A stretch of DNA of 64,000 nt from positions 176,542 to 240,541 of the forward strand of contig CAVPRN010000002.1 in NCBI GenBank assembly GCA_963707935.1. The letters are read 5' to 3'. Numbering within the stretch: the stretch's first letter is position 1; every line of letters starts with the position of its first letter. Shown here piece after piece: positions 31,228-41,493 of the stretch. The notes beneath the pieces were generated by a model, which searched no databases, had not been told where the DNA came from, and was given only the letters and a program-made list of their open reading frames with translations. Both the position numbers and the translations under genes were made by a program. The DNA comes from an uncultured Acidobacteriota bacterium. GTDB taxonomy: Bacteria > Acidobacteriota > Thermoanaerobaculia > UBA5066 > Gp7-AA6.

Positions 31228-32099
31228 TCGACGACCCGCAGTTCTTCGCTGTTCCCGCCGCCGGCCTTGATCGCGTACATCAGCTCGTCGGCCAGTCGAA
31301 CCATCCTCTCTGGAGAGTCCGGAGCCTTCCGGAATGCGACAGCACCGAAGACATGGTCAGGTTCCAGTCCTCCTGCAGACGGGCCGAGTTCAGGAGCAGA
31401 AGAAGCTTCCGGATCGCGGCCGATGCCTCCTCCGGGCCGGTCTCCGGAAACGCCGACGCAGAACTCGTCGCCGCCCAGGCGCGCGAAGATGTCGGTGGCC
31501 CGAAGGCTCCCCCGCACGGTCGCAGCGATGAGCGCCAGCAGGCGATCTCCTTCCTCGTGTCCCCTTTGGTCGTTGACCCCCTTGAAGCCGTCGAGATCGA
31601 GGTACGCGATCGTCAAGGGACGGCCATGCCGCGCCGCTCTCTTGATCTCAACCGCCGTGAGCTCGAAGAACGCCCGTGCGTTTTGCGATCCCGGTGAGCG
31701 GATCCGTACGGGCCAGACTCTGCTCGCGGGAATGCGCCGTCACGAAGGGACGACAGCAGCCAGCCGAAGACGAGAAAGACGCCGAGCAGCAGCAGGCTGT
31801 TCCAGTAGAGGATCGAGTCCGTCGAGAACGTATGCCCGGATTCCCGCGCGGTCGAAGTCATCCCAGGGCGCTGGCGACCGAGATCGCAACGCCGCTCCAC
31901 CGCCGAGAAGCCAGGAAGCGAACGAAATCGGGACGAGAAACAGGAAGGAGAGGCGAAGCTGCCATCCGGTCCGATCGCCGGCGAAGGATATGGCGCCGAC
32001 CATCGCGAACGCGAGGGCGAAGAGAAGGGGCCCGGGGATCACGCTTCGAGAGTCGCGCCGCGCCTTCATTTTCTCACTGACAGAATAACGCTCGGTCAA
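31224..32099 (-). CDS. diguanylate cyclase (GGDEF) with an N-terminal membrane domain, multiply frameshifted
   Basis: C-terminal frame has DPLTGIANR../YLDLDGFKGVNDQRGHEEGD...RLGGDEF. N-terminal TM segments sit in two other frames. Confidence 0.6.
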
Positions 32100-32148
32100 C
32101 CGAGACCGGGTAGCCCTCGATACTCACTTGTGTTTCAATCGCTCCGGC

Positions 32149-34420
32149 CATGGGTCGTCCGTTCCGGTTCCTCGTCGCTCTGATCCTCGGACTCGCTCTG
32201 CTGACGTGGGCGGCCTCCGTCATCGTCAACGAGACCACACGCGGCTGGTTCGAGAAGGACATGAACCTGCGAGCGCGGCTCGTCGTGAGCGGTGCGCGCA
32301 GGCCCTGATCTCGCACTGGCACAAGGAACAGCGGGCCGACCTGCGGGACCTGCTCATCGAAATCTCCCACGATGAGCGCATCATGGCGGCCGCGGCGTGC
32401 GCGTCGGATCTGACGCTCCTCAGCCGGACCGAAGACTACCCCGAGCACTTCACGTGCGCGGAGCTCGGAAAGCACGTTCGCGGCGCCGGCGGGAGCACGC
32501 GGGCGACTGGCTCTCCTGGAAGAGCATCCTCTCGCTGCCGGGCGGCGAGGCGCACGTGAGCGCGATTCCGGTGCTCGACGGCGGTCGCCTCTCGGATTCG
32601 TGGTGCTCGTGCACGATCTGAGCTTCGTCGAACGGCGAGAGGCGAAGACGCGGCAGTTTCTCCTGCTGGCGTTCGGATTTCTCGCGGTGGCGGCCTCCGC
32701 GGTGACGATCATCGCAGCTCGGCTCTCGTGGCGCGGATGGAGCAAGGACCTGCGGCGGTTCCTTCGGGGGGGCGCGGACCGCCCCGAGTTTCGGCCCATC
32801 CTGCGGGATGTCCGAGAGCTCGTCGATCGCATCGTCGCGGAGAAGGAGGCCGATCGCGAGGGAGGCGACTGGACGCCGCAGCGTCTCAAGCAAACGCTGA
32901 ACCGGTACCTGCACGGCGAGAGAGCGGTGATCGTGCGCGAATCGGGAACCCTACATCCACGAGCGAGATCAGGACGGCCGTCTCGCGCTCTTGCACCCGG
33001 CGAGCGGCCTGGTGACCGCGCTCGAGCCGGTGATGCGGGCCTGCTCAGGCGTCTGGATCGCCCACGGGAGCGGCTCGGAGATCGGGCGACAGCGGATCGC
33101 GAGGGACCGGATTGCGCGTGCCCCCTGGGGAAGAGTCGTACGTCCTGCGGCGGGTCTGGCTCTCCTCCGAGGAAGAGAAGGGCTACTACTACGGCTTCTC
33201 GAACGAGGGTCTCTGGCCGCTTTGCCACGTCGCCCACACGCGGCCGGTCTTCCGAAGGGAGGACTGGAAACAGTACCAGGCGGTGAACGAGAAGTTCGCC
33301 GAAGCTCGTCTGTAAGGAGGTCGACTCGGAAGATCCGATCGTCCTCGTGCAGGATTACCACTTGGCCCTCGCGCCGCGGCTGATTCGCGAGCGGCTGCCG
33401 CGGGCGACGGTCATCATGTTCTGGCACATCCCCTGGCCCAACTGCGGAGCAGTTCGGAATCTGCCCCTGGCGCGAGGAACTGCTCGACGGGATGCTCGGC
33501 GCGAGCATTCTGGGATTCCACACGCAGTCCCACTGCAACAACTTCGTGGATTCAGTGGATCGAACGCTCGAAGCTCGCATCGACCGCGAGCAGAACGCGG
33601 TCGTTCAGCACAGGGCGGAGCACGCTCGTACGCGCCCTATCCGATCTCGCTCGAGTGGCCGGTGCGGTGGCTCAAGACGGCTCCGCCCCCGGACGAATGC
33701 CGGGCCAGTGTGCTTCCGCGAGCTCGGACTGCCGTCGAACGCGCTTCTCGGCATCGGAGTGGACCGCCTCGACTACACCAAGGGCATCGAGGAGCGTCTC
33801 CTCTCCGTGGAGCGCCTGCTCGAGCGAATCGCCCGAGTTTCGCGGCCGATTCACGTTCGTCCAGCTGGCGGCGCCCAGCCGACGGCCATCCAGCGCTACC
33901 GGGAGCTCAACGAGAGGGTCGAGCGGGTCGCTGCGCGCAGTCAACGAGCGCTTCGGCGCGGACGGCTACCGTCCGATCGTGCTGCTGCCGGGCGCACCAC
34001 GAACCGCCGACCGTGTTTCGGCTACTACCGTGCCGCCGACCTCTGCTATGTGAGCAGCCTTCACGACGGGATGAACCTCGTGGCCAAGGAGTTCGTGGCG
34101 CTCGCGGGACGACGAGCGGGGTGTGCTGGTCCTGAGCCAGGTTCACGGGCGCGGCGCGGGAGCTGACCGAGGCGCTCATCGTCAATCCGTACGACCTGGA
34201 TCGAGGCGAGCGCGGCCCTCGCGGTCGCTCTCAAGATGTCCCCGGACGAGCAGCGCGACAGGATGCGGGCCATGCGGGCGTTCCTCGCGGAATTCAACGT
34301 CTACCGCTGGGCGGGCCGGATGCTCGTGGATGCGGCACGTCTGCGACGGCGCGACCGCCTCACGGGGCGTTTGATGGACCACCCGGCCGCGGTGGTGGCC
34401 GCCAGGGCGCTGAAAGAACG
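32149..34420 (+). CDS. otsA: trehalose-6-phosphate synthase (OtsA, GT20) fused to a ~260 aa N-terminal membrane and sensor-like extension, multiply frameshifted
   Basis: N-terminal TM1 (FLVALILGLALLTW), a Cys-containing periplasmic-like segment and TM2 (FLLLAFGFLAVAASAV). Then GT20 motifs VIVANREPY, YYYGFSNEGLWPLCH, YHLALAP, YVSSLHDGMNLVAKEF spread over all three frames. 3' end approximate. Confidence 0.6.
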
Positions 34421-34474
34421 GGACTTGCCGCCGACTTCCGGCCCTCCGTGCTATCCTTCGCCCCCTCTTCCGGT

Positions 34475-34551
34475 GGGGCTGTAGCTCAGTTTGGGAGAGC
34501 GCCTGAATGGCATTCAGGAGGTCGCCAGTTCGATCCTGGTCAGCTCCACCA
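34475..34551 (+). tRNA. tRNA-Ala (anticodon GGC), CCA encoded
   Basis: Cloverleaf: acceptor GGGGCTG/CAGCTCC with the G3:U70 Ala identity pair, anticodon loop aTGGCAt, T-arm GTTCGATCC, 3' CCA. Confidence 0.9.
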
Positions 34552-34697
34552 ATGCCCCACGACGCTTCAAGACCCGGCACAAACAACTGCCGCGATCGGA
34601 CTGGATCGAGCCGGCGACCTCCGTGAGGGGCACGGGGGGCGCCACGCGCCCCCCGCCTGAGACGTTCGACGGAATCGTCACCCGAGCGAAGCGAGGC

Positions 34698-34727
34698 GTG
34701 ACGGTTCGATCCCGTTCAGCTCCACCA
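34698..34727 (+). repeat. duplicated tRNA 3' end (T-arm + acceptor + CCA), att-like fragment
   Basis: ggttcgatcccgttcagctccacca matches the tRNA-Ala 3' end (gttcgatcctggtcagctccacca), about 150 bp downstream. No complete tRNA folds here. Confidence 0.7.
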
Positions 34728-34820
34728 AGCACGTCGCTCCGCTCGATCGTGGACCTTCGCCGGCCGGTCTTCAGATAGCTCTGGCTTCGGATTGCTCACA
34801 TGTTCCGGCCGGCGAGCTGG

Positions 34821-34847
34821 CGCGAAGCCTGGTCGCGTTGCGAGCGC
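34821..34847 (-). repeat. inverted partial copy of the structured repeat element (outer stem only)
   Basis: gcgcgaagcctggtcgcgttgcgagcg is the reverse complement of the ..cgctcgcaacgcgaccaggtttcgcg.. arm of copies B and C. Confidence 0.5.
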
Positions 34848-35003
34848 GACGAAAGACCGAGGCGTCGCTCGAACTGACCGCGGTAAGCCTGTTTCGCGCA
34901 CCGCGCGCAATCTCCGCGAGGGCGGCGGAGAAAGTCCGCGCGCCGCGGACGAATTGACTTCAGGCCGGCAAGCGCGACACCTGGATCTTCGCGTCGGCGC
35001 GCG

Positions 35004-36158
35004 TCAGAAGACAGGGATAGAAGGCTCGCGGCGCAGAAAGACCCTCCCGGCCTCCTCCCAGACAAACGGCGCGACGGTAAAATGGTGGAGAACGGCCTCG
35101 GCATCGCGCGCGTGGCGCTGTATCGAAGAGGAGGAGAAAATGGCGCTGCCCCCGGCAAGGACGTTGGCGGTTCGCGCGACCCGCGCTCCCGTCTCCGAAG
35201 CCTGACTCGCGGCGACGCGTCCCCGGGCGAGCTGCCGGAGCGTCGGAGCCGTTCCCGCGCGCACCGTCTGCCACATCTCCTCGACCGTCTCGTGGAGGAA
35301 CGCGCGGGCGCCGCCCAGCTCTGCCTCGGCCCGCGCCACTCCGATCTGGGCGGCCGGCCGGTCGGCGAGGGGTTGCGCGTAGAGCGTCGGGGCCTTCGTC
35401 TGCGCGAGGTCGGAGAAGCTCGTCGAGAGCCGCGCGGGCGATGCCGAGACTCACGGCCGCGACCTGGTCGACGAAGAATCCGAGGGGTGGCATCTGATAC
35501 AGAGGCTCGCGGCGGTGCCCCGAGGGATCGAGCAGCGCAAAGATCCGTTCCTCGGGCACGAAGACGTCATCCGCGCTGAAGTCGTTGCTTCCCGTGCCGC
35601 GCAGCCCGCTCACGTGCCACGTGTCGTGGATCACGACGCTCGAGACCGGCATGCAGACGTGGATGATCTCCGGACCGTACGCCGTCATCCTGGGTTGGCC
35701 GTTCTCGATGACGAGACAGCCGGCCCAGACCCAGTCGGAATGCGTGATGCCGCTCGCGAACGCCCACCGGCCGCTCACGCGCACGCCTCCTTCCACGCGG
35801 ACCGCCGCCCCGAGGGCGCCGCGATTCCGGCGGCCGGCGCCATCGGATCCGCGAAGACCTCCTTCGCGCCCCGCTCGGGCATGTACCCCGCTGCGACGTT
35901 GCTGCCGGTCGCGATCATCGTGCACCAGCCTGTCGAACCGTCGGCGGCCGCGACCGATTCGATCGCACGCAGAACGTCGAGGGGCTCGGCCTCACGGCCG
36001 CCGAGAAAGCGGGGCACCGTGAGCGAGAAGACGCCGGTCTGGCGCAGCTCCTCGGCGAGGTCGCGGGGCAGGCGACGCGCTTTTTCGATCTCGGCGCGGC
36101 GTGTGCGGATCGCGGGAAGAAGATTGTCGATGGCCGTCAAAACGCTGGTCGTATCCAT
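35004..36158 (-). CDS. acyl-CoA dehydrogenase-like flavoprotein (type-2 ACAD / SfnB-DszC-like), multiply frameshifted
   Basis: GGAGGA Shine-Dalgarno + ATG. N-terminus MDTTSVLTAIDNLLP..., middle ..WAFASGITHSDWVW.., C-terminus ..LAGGSAIFSSSSIQRHARDAEAVLHH.. in three frames. Confidence 0.55.
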
Positions 36159-36374
36159 GGATCCTCCGAGTCGAATGTCGAGACCCCCACATTCTAGACA
36201 TCGGCCTCGGTCCGAAGGAACCCGGCCCGCAGAGTCGGGGCCCTCGACTCCTCTCCTGGGCAAGTCGCAGCGGGAATCCGGAATGGCACTCCGATGTCGA
36301 CGGTGCGATCCCGTACGGCTCCATCAGGAGGTTGCGCGTTCCCGCGGCGCGCCGAGCGCCTCCTCCGCCGCGAC

Positions 36375-38287
36375 CTAGCGCTCGCCGCCGAAATCCTCCT
36401 CGGGCGACTGGCGCTGCTCGTCGAGCACGCGGTTGATGTTGACGGCGGCGGAAATGAGACCCAGGTGGGTGAACGCCTGGGGGAAGTTCCCGAGCGACTC
36501 GCCCGTCAGGCCGATCTCTTCGGAGTAGAGGCCGAGATGATTGGCGTAGCCGAGCATCTTCTCGAAGGTGAGACGCGCCGCGTCGAGCCGTCCCGACCCG
36601 GGCGAGAACCTCCGCCAGCCAGAACGTACACATGGAGAAGGTTCCCTCCTCCTCCTCGCTGATGCCGTCGGGTGAGACCCGCGGATCGTAGCGCCGGACG
36701 AGGTTGTCGCTCTCGAGATTCCCCTGGATCGCCTGGAGGGTGCCGAGCATGCGGGGATCGGAGGGAGAGATGAACTTGACCATCGGAGCCAGCAGCATGG
36801 ACGCGTCCAGCACGTCGCTGTCCAGGCTCTGGACGAAGGAGTTCCTGGAACGGGAGAAGCCCCGCTCCATGATCGTCTCGTAGATCGCGTCTCGCGTGGC
36901 GAGCCATCGGTCGCGGTCCCCCGGCAGGCTCTCTCTTCATGGAGAGGCGAAATGCGCGATCCAGCGCCACCCAGCACATCATCTTGGAGAACGTGAAGTC
37001 CTGACGCCCTCCGCGCACCTCCCAGATACCTTCGTCCTTCTCGCTTCCAATGGTCGCAAACCCAGCCGGCGATGCCGCGCACGAGGTTCCAGAGGCGATG
37101 GGACAGGGGCTCGCAGTACTTGGCATAGAGATAGAGGGCATCGAGCAGATCACCCGCGACGTCGAGCTGGAACTGCCTGGCCGCGTCGTTCCCGATTCGG
37201 ACAGGGCGAGAGCCTCGGTAGCCCTCCAGGTGAGCGAAGCTGGATCTCCGAAATCTCCCGGCGTCCGTCGATCCCGTAGAGGACGCCGCAAGCCTTCCTC
37301 GATATGGCAATGCTCCGCCAGGAAAGAGATGAACTGGACCGCCTCCTCCGTGATACCCCACCCGCAGGAACGCGTAGACGGTGAACGCGGCGTCGCGAAT
37401 CCACGTGTACCGGTAGTCCCAGTTGCGATAACCGCCGACGCGCTCGGGGAGACTGCAGGTGGCCGCCGCCACGATGGCGCCCGTAGGCCGGAACGTCAGC
37501 AGTTTCAACGTCAGCGCGGATCTCTTGACCATCTCCCGCCAGCGGCCCTGGTACCGGCTTCGGATGATCCAGTTCTGCCAGAAACGCAGAGTGCGCCGGA
37601 ACTCGCTCTGGCAGATTTCCTCGAGCTTCTCCAGTGGAGGAGGCGGCTCCTCGTCGGCCTGCGCGAGAACGACCGGAATCTGGTCGCCTTCGCGAAGAAG
37701 GAACTCCGCGACGACGGCGCCCCCGTCGATCCGGGCCTCCAGCGGCGTGACGAGATTGACCGCGAGATCGCCCGCCGAGAAGCTGAAAGCCGAATTCGGT
37801 TCTCCGAATCCGGCTCTCCTGGCGTCCGTAGTCGAAGGCCGGCCGGCATTCGAGGCGGAAGGGGATCTCGCCACGCACGCCGCGGACCATCCGGACCACC
37901 TGATGGTCGGCTCGACGTTTCGGTCCGCCGCCGGCGTGGATGGGCATGAAATCGACGACTTCTCCGACGCCGTCCGGCGTCAGAAAGCCGCGTCATCAGG
38001 ACATTCGAGTCCGGAAGGTACATCTGCCGGCGGCCCGCTTCTTCCGAGACCGCGGCGATTCGGAAGTGGCCGCCGCGGCGGTCATCCAGAATCGAAGCGA
38101 AGAGACTCCCCGAATCGAAATAGGGAAGGCAAAGCCAATCGATCGTTCCGTCCGTACCGACCAGCGCACAGGTGTGCAGGTCGCCGATGATCCCGTGACT
38201 CTCGATCGGCAGGTAGCTCAAGGCTCTTTCGTCGTCGTTTCGAGAAGCCGGGCAAGGGCCGGCACCGGGCGCCTCCCCTCGCGGCAT
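36375..38287 (-). CDS. glycoside hydrolase family 15 (glucoamylase/trehalase-like), multiply frameshifted
   Basis: N-terminal domain [39 protein letters not shown]-terminal ..[17 protein letters not shown]. At least four frame switches. Confidence 0.65.
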
Positions 38288-38532
38288 TCCGCGGCCGGCG
38301 CCGACAGACCGCACAAAAACTCCTCGAGGCATCGGTTTCGAGCGGCTCCTCTGCCAGATGCGCGGCCGCAGCCTCGGCTCCTCTGGAGAGAGTAGCATGG
38401 CGCCTTCCCCGACCGGCGAGGCCGGGTCCCCCCGCACAATATCGGATTCCTGTGCATCCGGAATCGCATGCCGTCGCGCCGCCGGTTCGGTCGGGCGCCG
38501 GCTCGGCCGCGCTTTTCGAGCTCGTTGCAGCG

Positions 38533-39120
38533 TCAGGCGAGCGCTATGAACGCCTTCGGATCGCTCCACTGCCCGCGCTCATAGAGGAACCGAACCGCCT
38601 TGTCCACGACGATCTGGCCGTCGTCGGGGGAGATCGCGATCTCGGCGCGCTCGAGCGGCCGGGGCGTCGGGCCCTCGAAGTTGATGCCCGAAATGTAGTA
38701 GCCCGACCCGTGGCAGGGGCACTTGAACTTGTTTTGCGCAGGGAGCCAGTTGGGCGTGCAGCCGAGATGCGTGCAGACGGCGATCAGCGCGTAGATCGAG
38801 TCGGTGTTACGCACGATCCAGACGCCGAACTTCTCCTTCCATCGCTCGTCCACGCCCATGCCGTAGCTCGACGGGTCGCCGGCTTTGAAGCGCGTCGGCG
38901 GCTCGAAGAGGACATTGGGGAAAAGGAAGCGGACCGTCGCGGCCAGCCCGGCGGCCGTGGCCGCGGCGAAGGCGATCCAGGCCAGGACCATCCACTTCAG
39001 AGCCGAGCGGCGGTCCATCGCGTCGGTCCGAGGGTCGGCCGTCCCGAGCACCCCCTCGGGAGAGGGCTCTGTCGGGCTCGAGCCGGTAGGCGTTTTCGGA
39101 ATCTCCGGGACGGCGCTCAC
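38533..39120 (-). CDS. Rieske [2Fe-2S] protein, copy 1 (orphan)
   Basis: TAT-like DRRSALKWM, CTHLGC...CPCHGS cluster boxes. About 85% identical at protein and DNA level to the Rieske gene at 51867-52466. Confidence 0.8.
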   Translation of the reverse strand: MSAVPEIPKTPTGSSPTEPSPEGVLGTADPRTDAMDRRSALKWMVLAWIAFAAATAAGLAATVRFLFPNVLFEPPTRFKAGDPSSYGMGVDERWKEKFGVWIVRNTDSIYALIAVCTHLGCTPNWLPAQNKFKCPCHGSGYYISGINFEGPTPRPLERAEIAISPDDGQIVVDKAVRFLYERGQWSDPKAFIALA

Positions 39121-39329
39121 GATCTTCTTCCGGAGATCTCAACGCAGTTTCGGCTCGTCGGATTTCGCACGGATCGTCCCTCGGCCCGCAAGGCTTCGAG
39201 ACGAGCGGAAATCCCCCTTCCGCCGGTCCGCGCGGGAACCGCCGCCTGGGAGTCCGCGGCCGACGGTTCCTGGCCGCCGCGAGGCCGCCGTTCTGAAATA
39301 TATATCGTAATCCGATATGTTTCTCCAGA

Positions 39330-39644
39330 ATGGCGAAGGAGGAGCTCATGGCGAGGTTGAAGGTCCTTCCGACCGCATTGGCGGCCGGCTTCACCTGGGG
39401 GATCGGGGTCCTGCTTCTCGGCAGGGTCTCGGGTGGAGGGTGGGGAGCGCGGTTGGTCGAGGTACTCTCGAGCGTCTATCTCGGTTATGCCTCGACTTTT
39501 CTGGGCGGGCTGATCGGTGGGCTCTGGGCGTTCGCGGACGGGTTCCTCGCGGGCCTCGTGCTGGCGTTCTTCTACAATGCCTTCGCCGGCCCGCGCTCCG
39601 AACCGGTCAGCATTCTGAAACGGACCGAGCAGCCGGCGCACTGA
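39330..39644 (+). CDS. small hypothetical membrane protein
   Basis: AAGGAGGAG Shine-Dalgarno. AT-rich promoter-like stretch (tgaaatatatatcgtaat) upstream. 104 aa with 3 TM helices. Confidence 0.4.
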   Translation: MAKEELMARLKVLPTALAAGFTWGIGVLLLGRVSGGGWGARLVEVLSSVYLGYASTFLGGLIGGLWAFADGFLAGLVLAFFYNAFAGPRSEPVSILKRTEQPAH

Positions 39645-40098
39645 GCCGGACGTCGCGCGGGCCGCGCCGGCCGGAGGCGCGGGTGCAGGTGTGTCATCGG
39701 AGCGCCGTCGATCTGGTTCGCGACCGCCGGGGCGCGACGTCCGGAAAACTCCGATCGGATAGCGGGAGCTGGATTGAGCCGGAGTGATTCCGGCACGCCG
39801 TGCCGCTTTTCCGAGAATCAGATGAAGCGCGGCAGGGCGCAGCGAAATTCGGAAAGCCGAAGAAACCACTGCAGTACCGCCCTTCTGCACCGAGTCGTCG
39901 GAGATTCGCTGGCAGGAGAATCGGCGGGCGCACCTCCTCGTAACCGTCAGGTAGGATTCGAGGCTACGCTCCCGGAGCCGAGTCGGGCCGATCCCGGACG
40001 AATCGCTGACGAGCGCGACCCCGCGGTCGGACCGGGCGCTCGCCAGGAGGAGGGCGTCTGACGGGGCGCCGTCGGCCACTTTCGAGCTCGAAGGGACG

Positions 40099-40918
40099 AT
40101 GCGACTTCTGAATCCCGACTTCGATCCCGCCCGCTTTTCGGAACGGGTCCGAATCGCGCCGCATTGCGCGCTGCTACTCGACTACGACGGCACGCTCGCC
40201 CCTTTCGCGCCGGATCGGAGTCACGCGATCCCGTACCCGGGAGTGCGCGAGGCGCTTCGAGCGATCGCGGGCGACGGCCGCACGCGGCTGGGCATCGTCA
40301 GCGGCCGGCCGGCCGAGGATCTGGCGCGGCTGACGGCGCTCCCGGCCGGCGTGGAGCTGTGGGGTTCCCACGGGCTCGAGCACGTGCCGGAAGAGGGCGA
40401 AGCGCTCACCAATCTTGCTGGGGAAGTCCGGCATGCGCTCGAAGAGGCCGAAGAGTGGCTGTCGCGAAACGGCTGGGACTCCCTGCTCGAGAAAGCCGTA
40501 CGGCCTCGCCCTGCACGGCAGGGGTCGTCCGGAGCTGTTCGCGGCTGCAGCTCCCCTCTTTCTCGAACGCTTCTCGGATCCGCTGCGCCGCGCGGGTCTG
40601 GAGATTCGTTCGTTCGACGGCGGGGTGGAAGTCCGGCGCGAGGGGATTCACAAGGGGCTCGCCGTCGAGCGGGTGCTGGCGGAAATGGGTCCCGGCACGC
40701 CGGTGGCCTATCTGGGCGACGACGAGACGGACGAGGACGCTTTCATGGCGATTCGGGGGAGGGGTCTGGCGGTCCTCGTGCGGCCGGAAGAACGCCCGAC
40801 CGGGGCGGATCTATCCCTGCGCCCTCCCGAAGAGCTGCTCGATTTTCTCGCACGTTGGGCGGATCCGGAAGGAGGCGTCCCGCTGCTTGCCGGTGTTTTG
40901 AGCGGATCCCCCTCGTGA
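40099..40918 (+). CDS. otsB: trehalose-6-phosphate phosphatase (OtsB, HAD family), frameshift ~40500
   Basis: HAD motif I LLLDYDGTLAP. C-terminal half (..GIHKGLAV..YLGDDETDEDAF..) in ORF 40415-40918. Confidence 0.7.
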
Positions 40919-40978
40919 AAGGATATGGACCCGTCCGTCCAGGCGGCTGCAGAAAGTCCGTAGAACGGCCGCCAAAGC

Positions 40979-41007
40979 TTGACATGGATCAATTAGTTCG
41001 ATATAGA
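40979..41007 (+). promoter_or_regulatory. sigma-70-type promoter (TTGACA-N17-TATAGA) for the MarR-like regulator
   Basis: Near-consensus -35/-10 with 17-nt spacing in an AT-rich island. ATG lies ~10 nt downstream, giving a near-leaderless transcript. Confidence 0.5.
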
Positions 41008-41016
41008 GTGAACTCA

Positions 41017-41493
41017 ATGAACCGCAGTGCCAGGCCTCCCGCGGACCTCGCCTTCCACGTCGAGGAGTGGGGGCTCCTCTTCGAGCAGTCGGGGCTTCCC
41101 CGGATGGCGGGGAGAGTGCTCGGCTGGCTCCTCGTCTGCGATCCCCCGGAGCAGACCGCCGCGCAGGTCGTCGAGGCCCTGTCCGCCAGCAAGGGCTCGA
41201 TCTCGACGACGCTCCGGCTTCTCGAGCGGTTCGGCCTCGTCGAGCCCGTGGGCCGTCCGGGCGAGCGGCGAACGTACTTCCGGATCGCGCCGGGGGCGTT
41301 CACGACCATGATGGAAGACAAACTGAAGTCCGTCGCGACCTGGCGGGAGCTCGCGGACCGCGGGATCGCGATCCTCCAGAAGTCGGGGCCGGAACGGCTG
41401 CGCCGCCTCCAGGCCGTGCACGACTTCTACGCCTTCCTCGAGCGGGAGTTCCCCGCGCTGATCCTCCGCTGGAGGAAGGAGCATCCGAAATGA
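41017..41493 (+). CDS. MarR/GbsR-like winged-helix transcriptional regulator
   Basis: wHTH ..AAQVVEALSASKGSISTTLRLLERFGLVE..RRTYFRI. Confidence 0.6.
   Translation: MNRSARPPADLAFHVEEWGLLFEQSGLPRMAGRVLGWLLVCDPPEQTAAQVVEALSASKGSISTTLRLLERFGLVEPVGRPGERRTYFRIAPGAFTTMMEDKLKSVATWRELADRGIAILQKSGPERLRRLQAVHDFYAFLEREFPALILRWRKEHPK

Noticed and set aside
39117-40079. 320 aa minus-strand ORF
   Set aside because: Low-complexity Arg/Pro/Ser composition, no domain, no Shine-Dalgarno. Treated as non-coding.
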